Program-made: the position numbers and the translations under genes | In this document: piece by piece, positions 53,311-64,000 of the stretch | Layout of the letters: every line of letters begins with the position of its first letter | Numbering within the stretch: position 1 is the stretch's first letter | Assembly: GCA_051362555.1 (NCBI GenBank) | Contig: CM120642.1 | Coordinates: 8,184,001 to 8,248,000, forward strand | Direction: 5' to 3' | Source of the DNA: Lingula anatina | Lineage: Eukaryota > Animalia > Brachiopoda | DNA length: 64,000 nucleotides | The notes under the pieces: generated by a model | What the model was told of the DNA's origin: nothing | Seen by the model: only the letters and a program-made list of their open reading frames with translations | The model's database searches: none

Positions 53311-53739
53311 AGCCATGCAAAAGACACAATAATTGGTAGATTTCGCAATCCTGAATGATACTGACTGAGCAGATTTCGTGATGGTCATGTGGGTAAGCCG
53401 AACAGTTGGCCAGGTGACACCGCTGTTAGGGCCTGTCTGTGGGTGCCAGTCGAGTTTTTGATTCGTGAGTGGACAGTGCGGTGTCGGTACAGCCCCTCCC
53501 CCCATCCATGCAAAAACAAAACAAAGATAGAAAGAAAAAAATGAAAGAAAATCACGCACTTTACGGTATTAACAGTATTCTACAGTATTTTATCATTTTT
53601 CACCATATTCTAAGACATCATTTGTTATCTACAGTGGAGCAAGAAAACAATGGAATAAACATTTTTTTTTTAAATGCACTTACAAAGGAGTTATTATTTT
53701 ACGGAATAGCAACTACACTGAAAACAAGTAAATATTAAT

Positions 53740-53940
53740 ACTTACATCTGCGCTGTACCAGGTTTGATAGATAATTGGCCTTTTCACTGTCCGATAAATT
53801 CGATAGATGTTGCAGTGCTCTCACTTGGTGCCTGCAAATGTTAGCGCTTGGTTGTGACTCGAAAAGTGAGCGCGGAATTGATGGTAGTGCTTTTATAAAA
53901 AAAAAAATCAACCAATTATGTGACGACTGCTGTTGGTGTA
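53740..53940 (-). promoter_or_regulatory. Conserved non-coding exon 1 and promoter of copy 3 (paralogous blocks ~47630-47830 and ~58711-58900)
   Basis: Donor GTAAGT (GTGAGT in copy 4) at the same position in three copies; TATAAAA at ~53891-53897 and a nearby CCAAT. Confidence 0.5.
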
Positions 53941-54332
53941 TTGCACAATATAAAGAGTGCAGCATAATAAGTAGGTTTAACACTTTACCGGGCAACAAGC
54001 AGGAACTAGATAAAAAAACTAATTTAAAATTGTAAGAGTTCAAAAACACAAATAATCACAGATGACAGAGTTCAAAATACAGTCATGATGACAATCTTAA
54101 GAGAATATTGTCAAATGTCTGTGACTCGTAATAGGTGCAAAAAGCAGTATGTGTCTGCCCTGTTTTCACCTTATTTTAATCACTTGGCATCTGATTTTAT
54201 CCCGAAACTCTGTTCAGTCATTACACCTGATAATTCTGGAACTGTGTTTAATCAAATAATGTTTGGCAACCGTACAGAGGTCTTGTGTACAGATCGGTGT
54301 TGTTCCCTACCCAGGTTGCTTGTCACTGCGCG

Positions 54333-54376
<44 letters not shown>

Positions 54377-56698
54377 TAAAAGTTTTCTGAGTCTCCTTAT
54401 TTTTTCTTTCTTACCTCTTCCCTCCCATCGAAGTCTCCACACGAATTCAACACATCTCTTTTATAACTATAGGCCTGGTCCATTGGACAGATTATAAATG
54501 ACCATAAACCTACTTTGCAAATGACATCTTTAACAAATTTTTATCCACTTTATCTCGACTCGTTATGGAACTCTTAGATGATTTAAACCATTTCTTTGAT
54601 GGAGAAAGTTGTCGGCGGATCACACTGTAAATATCCTTAAACGTTGGTAGAGACCACAAAACCTCAAGTACACGACAGGACAAGGGCTTACAGTCATATC
54701 TATCTTACACCTTGAGTGTTTTTTTTTCAACTCTTGAACAACATGTATGTGTAGACTGTTTGTGCCTTCATTCAACTGTCTTTCTTAACAAAATGACACG
54801 ATTCATACCAAAACATATGACCGATTTCTACCTCACTAGTACCCCTGCACGGCCCTGGGGAAAGTTTTGCAAAACAACTGTAGTCGGAGGTCAGTTATAA
54901 CTAAAAGACCCAAACACAGAATATATCAGAAGAATTACACTTAAATTATACTATTGAACCTGTTCACCATCAGGCTATCAAGCTATCGCAAAGTAGTAAC
55001 TAAAATGGACAGTTCCTTTATTTTAGTGGAATGTTACTGATAGCCGAAGTCTAAGCACACTAAGTCGTTTTCTCCTGGCGACAAGACCAATTACAGTTCT
55101 TTTGCAAAGCCGATCCCTGCCCGCCCCTCCCTTCACTTCGCAATCTTGACTATTATTTAACTACTAACTAGGCCTGGCTCATTGGACAGATTATGAATGA
55201 CCATGCACCCACTTTGCAAATGACGTCTTTCACCCAAAATTAAAAGAAGTGATTTCACTTTAACACCTGAATGTAATATAGAGGTGCAAATGAGGTGCAC
55301 TAACTTACTCTTTAAAATGATTAGGTCACAAATTACACGCTATGTTTGAGTATTTAAGGGTCCCACATGAAGAGGTTTGTATCAAAGTTTCACTCTCCTG
55401 GAACCATGAATGTCCCTTATTATGTCATTTATAATAACTGTATGCGGTTAAATTCTTTCTAAATAATTATATGCCTGCTAGTTTGTTGTCAGAGCTGTCA
55501 CCTTGGAGAATAAGGGGCCAACATCAGCGTCTCATTTGCCAACAAAACATGTTTACTCTATTCTAAGAATGAAAATACAAAATGATTTGTAGAGACCACA
55601 AAACCACGAATACACGACTTGGCAAGTCAGATCTATAAAACACATTGCATATTGCATATAATACACATTGCACGTGATTTTTCAGCTCTTGGACAACACT
55701 TTGAATGTGTGGTCGGCTGATACCTTACTTAAATATTATTTTGTAACAATATAACACAATATAGGGCTAGGACCCAACCTAGAGAATTTGACACTACACT
55801 TTGCTGAAAACAGTTAGGGTGAAAACTGCTCTTCTGTTTGGTTGTTGCATAATATTTTATTTCAGTTTTTTTGGAGAGAAGAGTAGAATATTTTCAATTT
55901 TTGGGACATGAACTAGAAAGAGTGAGATGCCGGAAGCTAATTAATATTTTTTTCTACGGATGAGTATATGATTTCTCAAATGTGTATGTATACATGTGTG
56001 AGCTTGCGCTCGTATGAGAGAATGGGAAGTCACAGACACCTTTAACATTAGAGGATTTTTTCTGTATGTTCAAACGAAATTCATACATTGCTCCCGTTCT
56101 GACCAAAGCTACATGACCAAAGCTACATCCCGACTGTTGCCTATGGCGTTGAAATCACAGTAGGAGCTCTATTGGAAGGCAGTTTGTGTCTATGCTTGTT
56201 GATTACATATAAGTTCGATTTGTATTACTTTTTTTGCGTTTGTCATATCCATTTTCGTCTTTCTTTTCTTCATTTTCTATTTACTAAATGGTGTTATTCG
56301 TGTTGTACTGTAGCCAGGGGCACATGTATATATTAGGCTGATTAAACTTTTAATTCTGGTATGTATACACTGATCAAATAAGTAAAAGTAAACGATAACT
56401 CCCTTTCATGGTGGTATATATATTTATTGTTTATTTTCAAACATAACGTGCTTTTCATGAATATGAGCAAAAATGTTCAGAACTAAAATAAACAACAACA
56501 ATTGCGCACTGAGTACATTACAGGGCACACTGACTGTAGAACTTGTACTACAAACAATTTCAAGCATATGATACCGCCAGATAATATAAGGTTAATTGTA
56601 TATGGTGGGACTTTTTTTCAATTTTTTCGAGACATTTTACTCGTCTTTACTTCAAAGCATAGTTCAGAATCAGGTTTTGTAACTCAAACCCTGACATC

Positions 56699-57748
56699 TT
56701 ACTTAGGTGGTCCACCTGGCCCATTTTCAAGTACACACTGACCAATTAGTTTAGGGCAGTTACGTTCCCGATTTCCCCAACGTCCCTTGAAGTTAAGGAA
56801 ACTAAACTCCCCTGTAAACTGTCCTTTGGCGGCCATCTTGACAACTTTGAGGTTATCTGCAGTCTTCCATGCTGTTCCCGCGCTACAGAGATCTTTCAAC
56901 TTGTCTCCGTTGAAAAGCTTCTTGTACACGTGGTCCCCTGTGTTTGGCCAGATACCATGGGATCCCTTGGATGCGTAGACCTGAGGGTGTGTGCAATCAG
57001 TGGTATAAACGGTGCGATCCCCTTTCTTGAATTGGCTACCACTCCACAAAAACTCTCCACCATATTTGTTAGTGATCTCAGAATCGTGGATCGACAAATA
57101 TATGGAGTAAATTTTGTTATTATTGAACTTGATCTTTACGTGTTCCCAGTCTCCAACGTGATTACCAAAGGTTGAATACCCTCCTGCGCAGCCGTTAATT
57201 CGAGGACATAGGCAATGGCCCCACGCCTTGACGCACGGGCATACGTTATCAAAATATAATCCCACACACGCCCGTTTTCCTCTGTTGTATGGAAAGAAAA
57301 ACCAATAGGTGATTTCAACAACGCTACCCTTGTCTTCGTATATAGCATATGCTGGGGCGCTGGCAGGATCCTGACCTTTAAAGACGGCAGGTTCTCGGCA
57401 CGAGGGACAAGATAACGGCGTCTTAGTTTCAAGGTAACAGTTGCTGTTACAGGTGGGCAGTGTGCTCGGAGTGACGAAAGTCGGACTGCCACCGCGTAAG
57501 TTGACGTGTTGGAGGAAATAATCGACGCTGGATGGTTTCCATTCCTCTCCCACGGCCAACCGGACAACCGGCGCCCACAATTTCGCGGCGGCGACGATAT
57601 CTGCGTGACTCCTTCCAGTGAGGCCAACCTTCCGTTTATTCTGACACTCTCGTATCTTTTTGAATATGTTGTTAAGCCATCCGCTGCTTGGTGACGAATG
57701 GAATGTGACAATCATCAACAGAAGGCACCAACGTACTGGGACGACCAT
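56699..57748 (-). CDS. Secreted Vps62/DUF946-like protein, copy 4 (349 aa)
   Basis: Signal peptide MVVPVRWCLLLMIVTFHSSPSSG; acceptor at 57800-57801; all family motifs intact. Confidence 0.88.
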   Translation of the reverse strand: MVVPVRWCLLLMIVTFHSSPSSGWLNNIFKKIRECQNKRKVGLTGRSHADIVAAAKLWAPVVRLAVGEEWKPSSVDYFLQHVNLRGGSPTFVTPSTLPTCNSNCYLETKTPLSCPSCREPAVFKGQDPASAPAYAIYEDKGSVVEITYWFFFPYNRGKRACVGLYFDNVCPCVKAWGHCLCPRINGCAGGYSTFGNHVGDWEHVKIKFNNNKIYSIYLSIHDSEITNKYGGEFLWSGSQFKKGDRTVYTTDCTHPQVYASKGSHGIWPNTGDHVYKKLFNGDKLKDLCSAGTAWKTADNLKVVKMAAKGQFTGEFSFLNFKGRWGNRERNCPKLIGQCVLENGPGGPPK

Positions 57749-59039
57749 CCTGAAACACGGTTGGAGAAGATTTTATCTTTTGGTAGATTTTTTCAAGATC
57801 TGCAAGAAGTAGGAAAACCAAATGCAGATAACTATTATAGGTATCGAAATCAGTCTTTAAACACAAAAGACAAGATGAAAAGGAAACCATTAATCATTTT
57901 ATTTTAATCTGTAAGAATGAGACTGCATATGGTACACTGTGCCACGTTGTTGGTAGAATTACCAGTTGATACTAGTAAATAAAATAAAACGGCCGTCTCT
58001 ATTGTTCATATATTAATACTATGAAGTTGATACTAAAGATCATTTACAATAAAATTATGTCACTGTTTCCTATCAAATTTTTCGTCAAGATATTGTCTCC
58101 CTACATGTACCATGGTTATTCATTACATCAAAAGAACACGGGTATTAAGAGAGGCTATAATAGCGGTCCCAAACCTCATTTTATAATTGTAAAAATGCTG
58201 TAAAAGGGGTGGTAGAAATAAACAAATGTGAAAAATTCTTTTTTAGCTTTAACATTTCTGGTTATTGCGCGGTGCATTTCAGGTAAAATCAAATAATAAA
58301 GACGTATATAACAGAACAACCATGTAAAAGACAATAATTTGTGGATTATACAATCCTGAATGATACCGCCTGAGCAGATTTCGTGATAGTCATGTGAGAA
58401 AGCTGACCGCGTGACACCGCTGTTAGGGCGTGTCCGTGGGTGTCAGAGGAGTTTTTAAGTCGTGAATGGACATAGCTGTGGCGGAACAGTCAACTCCTCT
58501 ACACACACACACACACACACAAAAAGAAAAAACTTTCTCTACAGTATTCACAGTATAATACAGTATTTTATCGTATTTCTCGATATCCACGACATCCTTT
58601 CTGTTATCGAGTATACGAAGGGGTAAATAAATTTAAAAATTACACTTAGAAGGGCCTTTTTTAATTCTTCCGAGACACTTCTACATTGATACCAAGTAAA
58701 TATCAACTATACTCACATTTGTGCTGTACCAGTTCGGATAGATAATTGGTTTTGAAGCCGTCAGTGGAATTCGGTAGATGCTGCAGCAGTATTTCACTTG
58801 ATGCCCGCAAACGTTGCCGCTTGCCTGGTGTGACTCTAAAAGTGGGTGCGGAGTTGACGGCACTGTTTTTAAAGGGGAAGATGTCATTCTATTGGCTAGC
58901 GACTGCTGAGTGAGATGTACTAGTATGTAAGCAGTGCAGCATGAAAAGGGTGTTAACTGCTTAGATCATAAGGTTTGGCCGGAAAATACGTTTAGAAATG
59001 GACATGTTATTCCATTTTTGGGAGTGTAAAATATTTGAA

Positions 59040-59149
59040 GTCAATCACGGCGCAATCGGTAGCGTGCAAGGCTGTTAAAAAATCCAATCCAATCATCCAC
59101 CATGGTAACGAGCCACGAGTAGTCACGAGTTCGAATCCCTGATGAGGCA
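59040..59149 (+). ncRNA. tRNA-Asn(GTT)-derived module (also ~60593-60702 and ~62067-62176)
   Basis: GGCGCAATCGGTAGCG..GGCTGTTAA matches the D-arm and anticodon loop of eukaryotic tRNA-Asn; GTTCGAATCC B box follows a long insert. Anticodon and T stems do not pair. Confidence 0.6.
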
Positions 59150-60424
59150 TGTCACCTGTCCCTCGGATACGAGCTGGTCACGTGATCGGGAAGGCGCGAA
59201 TACGAATGCAGGCACTCGTCGGTCCCGGCAAATTACCTTTTGCATAAAAAGCCGGTATACTTTCGCATAAGTGATCGATTTGGCAACAACTTTTGCTGTT
59301 CGTTATCATAGTGTCTGCCTCGTCGATAACACTTCCTTACTCTTCATTTAAAGGTTCTTAAAATGATGATTAGGCGGGGATGGTCATTGATCTCTATCCT
59401 TTACCAGCTACGCAACAGATCAAACTTGAATTGAGTCAGTATAGCAAACCCGCCATGGTGCCATGCACGTCATACTGCCCTTTCATCTCAGAGAGCTGTC
59501 TTCTCGGTGGCATTATCAACAAAATAATTTATTTTATTTACTTATTTTTTTCGAAAATCACGTCACCGCTATTGCTTTACCCAATGCTACATTTTGTTGT
59601 GTTTTTAATGCCATCCCCTCCTCTAGGGCCTTGCTTCTCAAGACTGTTCATATTGTCTTACAGTACCCGGGGCAACTCCACAATGGCCATTAGAAATGGC
59701 AAAGACTACTCAAATCCAAAACTGCCAAACTGTGAACCGCTTTAGCTCTCGTCGTGCTCGATAACTTCACAGGTGAAGTCAGACGTAATCTCACTGTAAA
59801 CCAAAATGAAAATAAAAGCATCAGAAATCATCTGGCTAGTTACGTTCCGAGCAGTCTTATCAATAAAAGCGACCAAACTTGATATTGTTTCGGTAGCTTT
59901 CCCGCTTTGGCACCACGTCATACCGCCTGTAAACCGCGTTCAGCAGAAAAAGAAAGTATCCTCTCGGCGGAATTGTCGCCAAATATGTTGTCTTTGTCAA
60001 AATTCACATGGTTGCAATTGCTTGAAAGGAAAACGCACCAGCTTCAACACATTTGAACGTTTTTAATGATTCCCTCTTTTCAAGGGCTTGCTAAAACTAA
60101 AATCGCCCCCCTGTGCTTTTTAACGTCATAGGCGATACCAAACTAAATCTCAGCTCAAAACAAAGTCATAGTAAAAAAAAAAAAAAAAAGAATCTATCTC
60201 GGAACGCTCCGTGTCGGCTTCTCAACCAAGGTCTCGTGTACATCATCTACTTCAACGTTCAATGATAATACGATGTTCGGGGAAAGGCGTTGTTCGGGAT
60301 GAAATTCATTTTTTACGGCTCACGGGCTATCGATTGTAATTTCGGACATTTACATGTGCATCCCAACTGGCCCTCTTCATGACAAGGCAGAAAGTTTGCA
60401 TTTGATTTAGGATTTTCTAACGAA

Positions 60425-60518
60425 GCTGCCGCGGTTCCGTGGTAACTTCGCTGACTGAAACGCAACTAGTAAGACAAATTCCCGTGTTCGAATTCTACAA
60501 CGAACAGCACAATTTTTT
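60425..60518 (+). ncRNA. Second tRNA-like module with T-run terminator (also from 61899 and 63370)
   Basis: GCTG...CAGCA acceptor-like pairing, GTT/AAC D-like stem with TGGTA, CTGAAA loop, (G)GTTCGAATTC B box, then TTTTTT. Confidence 0.45.
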
Positions 60519-63500
60519 GTTGCTGGAAATCATTTCTAAAAATTTTCTTTGGTTACTATAAGAGGAAACTCGCAACCACGGAGGGTGGGCGGGTCATTCA
60601 CGGCGCAATCGGTAGCGTGCAAGGCTGTTAAAAAATCCAAAACAATCATCCACCATGGTAACGAGTCACGAGTAGTCACGAGTTCGAATCCCGGATGAGG
60701 CATGTCACCTGTCCCTCGGATACGAGCTGGTCACGTGATCGGGAAGGCGCGAATACGAATGCAGGCACTCGTCGGTCCCGGCAAATTACCTTTTGCATAA
60801 AAAGCCGGTATACTTTCGCATAAGTGATCGATTTGGCAACAACTTTTGCTGTTCGTTATCATAGTGTCTGCCTCGTCGATAACACTTCCTTACTCTTCAT
60901 TTAAAGGTTCTTAAAATGATGATTAGGCGGGGATGGTCATTGATCTCTATCCTTTACCAGCTACGCAACAGATCAAACTTGAATTGAGTCAGTATAGCAA
61001 ACCCGCCATGGTGCCATGCACGTCATACTGCCCTTTCATCTCAGAGAGCTGTCTTCTCGGTGGCATTATCAACAAAATAATTTATTTTATTTACTTATTT
61101 TTTTCGAAAATCACGTCACCGCTATTGCTTTACCCAATGCTACACGGGGCAACTCCACAATGGCCATTAGAAATGGCAAAGACTACTCAAATCCAAAACT
61201 GCCAAACTGTGAACCGCTTTAGCTCTCGTCGTGCTCGATAACTTCACAGGTGAAGTCAGACGTAATCTCACTGTAAACCAAAATGAAAATAAAAGCATCA
61301 GAAATCATCTGGCTAGTTACGTTCCGAGGAGTCTTATCAATAAAAGCGACCAAACTTGATATTGTTTCGGTAGCTTTCCCGCTTTGGCACCACGTCATAC
61401 CGCCTGTAAACCGCGTTCAGCAGAAAAAGAAAGTATCCTCTCGGCGGAATTGTCGCCAAATATGTTGTCTTTGTCAAAATTCACATGGTTGCAATTGCTT
61501 GAAAGGAAAACGCACCAGCTTCAACACATTTGAACGTTTTTAATGATTCCCTCTTTTCAAGGGCTTGCTAAAACTAAAATCGCCCCCCTGTGCTTTTTAA
61601 CGTCATAGGTGATACCAAACTAAATCTCAGCTCAAAACAAAGTCATAGTAAAAAAAAAAAAAAGAATCTATCTCGGAACGCTCCGTGTCGGCTTCTCAAC
61701 CAAGGTCTCGTGTACATCATCTACTTCAACGTTCAATGATAATACGATGTTCGGGGAAAGGCGTTGTTCGGGATGAAATTCATTTTTTACGGCTCACGGG
61801 CTATCGATTGTAATTTCGGACATTTACATGTGCATCCCAACTGGCCCTCTTCATGACAAGGCAGAAAGTTTGCATTTGATTTAGGATTTTCTAACGAAGC
61901 TGCCGCGGTTCCGTGGTAACTTCGCTGACTGAAACGCAACTAGCAAGACAACTTCCCGGGTTCGAATTCTACAACGAACAGCACAATTTTTTGTTGCTGG
62001 AAATCATTTCTAAAAATTTTCTTTGGTTACTATAAGAGGAAACTCGTAACCACGGAGGTTGGGCGGGTCAATCACGGCGCAATCGGTAGCGTGCAAGGCT
62101 GTTAAGAAATCCAATCCAATCATCCACCATGGTAACGAGTCACGAGTAGTCACGAGTTCGAATCCCGGATGAGGCATGTCACCTGTCCCTCGGATACGAG
62201 CTGGTCACGTGATCGGGAAGGCGCGAATACGAATGCAGGCACTCGTCGGTCCCGGCAAATTACCTTTTGCATAAAAAGCCGGTATACTTTCGCATAAGTG
62301 ATCGATTTGGCAACAACTTTTGCTGTTCGTTATCATAGTGTCTGCCTCGTCGATAACACTTCCTTACTCTTCATTTAAAGGTTCTTAAAATGATGATTAG
62401 GCGGGGATGGTCATTGATCTCTATCCTTTACCAGCTACGCAACAGATCAAACTTGAATTGAGTCAGTATAGCAAACCCGCCATGGTGCCATGCACGTCAT
62501 ACTGCCCTTTCATCTCAGAGAGCTGTCTTCTCGGTGGCATTATCAACAAAATAATTTATTTTATTTACTTATTTTTTTCGAAAATCACGTCACCGCTATT
62601 GCTTTACCCAATGCTACACGGGGCAACTCCACAATGGCCATTAGAAATGGCAAAGACTACTCAAATCCAAAACTGCCAAACTGTGAACCGCTTTAGCTCT
62701 CGTCGTGCTCGATAACTTCACAGGTGAAGTCAGACGTAATCTCACTGTAAACCAAAATGAAAATAAAAGCATCAGAAATCATCTGGCTAGTTACGTTCCG
62801 AGGAGTCTTATCAATAAAAGCGACCAAACTTGATATTGTTTCGGTAGCTTTCCCGCTTTGGCACCACGTCATACCGCCTGTAAACCGCGTTCAGCAGAAA
62901 AAGAAAGTATCCTCTCGGCGGAATTGTCGCCAAATATGTTGTCTTTGTCAAAATTCACATGGTTGCAATTGCTTGAAAGGAAAACGCACCAGCTTCAACA
63001 CATTTGAACGTTTTTAATTATTCCCTCTTTTCAAGGGCTTGCTAAAACTAAAATCGCCCCCCTGTGCTTTTTAACGTCATAGGTGATACCAAACTAAATC
63101 TCAGCTCAAAACAAAGTCATAGTAAAAAAAAAATGAATCTATCTCGGAACGCTCCGTGTCGGCTTCTCAACCAAGGTCTCGTGTACATCAGCTACTTCAA
63201 CGTTCAATGATAATACGATGTTCGGGGAAAGGCGTTGTTCGGGATGAAATTCATTTTTTACGGCTCACGGGCTATCGATTGTAATTTCGGACATTTACAT
63301 GTGCATACCAACTGGCCCTCTTCATGACAAGGCAGAAAGTTTGCATTTGATTTAGGATTTTCTAACGAAGCTGCCGCGGTTCCGTGGTAACTTCGCTGAC
63401 TGAAACGCAACTAGTAAGACAACTTCCCGGGTTCGAATTCTACAACGAACAGCACAATTTTTGTTGTTTATTGTTTCGGTAGCTTTCCCGCTTTGGCACC

Positions 63501-64000
63501 ACGTCATACCGCCTGTAAACCGCGTTCAGCAGAAAAAGAAAGTATCCTCTCGGCGGAATTGTCGCCAAATATGTTGTCTTTGTCAAAATTCACATGGTTG
63601 CAATTGCTTGAAAGGAAAACGCACCAGCTTCAACACATTTGAACGTTTTTAATGATTCCCTCTTTTCAAGGGCTTGCTAAAACTAAAATCGCCCCCCTGT
63701 GCTTTTTAACGTCATAGGTGATACCAAACTAAATCTCAGCTCAAAACAAAGTCATAGTAAAAAAAAAAAATGAATCTATCTCGGAACGCTCCGTGTCGGC
63801 TTCTCAACCAAGGTCTCGTGTACATCAGCTACTTCAACGTTCAATGATAAAACGATGTTCGGGGAAAGGCGTTGTTCGGGATGAAATTCATTTTTTACGG
63901 CTCACGGGCTATCGATTGTAATTTTGGACATTTACATGTGCATCCCAACTGGCCCTCTTCATGACAAGGCAGAAAGTTTTCATTTGATGTGGGAATTTCT

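Larger units (their letters stand above)
59040..64000 (+). repeat. ~1.5-kb tandem repeat array (units start at 59040, 60593, 62067; partial repeat from ~63470)
   Basis: Near-identical units of 1553 and 1474 bp. Unit 1 has 76 extra bp at ~59590-59665. The array runs off the window end. Confidence 0.97.

Noticed and set aside
32533-57711. Antisense and alternate-frame ORFs over the Vps62-like genes
   Set aside because: Shadow ORFs with inconsistent boundaries between paralogs.
59040-59149. Functional tRNA-Asn gene
   Set aside because: Anticodon and T stems do not pair, and position 8 is not T.
59137-59180. CTGATGAG resembling a hammerhead ribozyme core in the array
   Set aside because: No GAAA after the putative stem II, and units 2 and 3 read CGGATGAG.
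59380-63652. Recurrent 68-121 aa ORFs in the tandem array
   Set aside because: Identical only because the DNA is repeated; the 76-bp indel shifts the frame; no recognisable domain.

Overview
AT-rich animal (non-vertebrate-looking) nuclear DNA with spliceosomal introns, microsatellites and many small non-autonomous DNA transposons. Almost all ORFs in the supplied track are spurious. Main content: (1) the tail of an acidic-repeat ORF at the left edge. (2) A multi-exon myelin-proteolipid/M6-family gene on the minus strand, which I reconstructed exon by exon (coding 7385-11529; possible alternative first exon near 25.9 kb). (3) A minus-strand tandem cluster of four paralogous genes for secreted, Cys-rich Vps62/DUF946-like proteins (32.5-57.7 kb). 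Each has an intronless CDS and a hypervariable mature N-terminus. Copy 2 is a recombinant mosaic, disrupted by a 1973-bp TGT...ACA element with a CCGG target duplication (Ginger1-like). (4) From 59040 to the end, a young ~1.5-kb tandem array whose unit carries two degenerate tRNA-like Pol III modules. All family assignments come from motif recognition by eye, not database searches.
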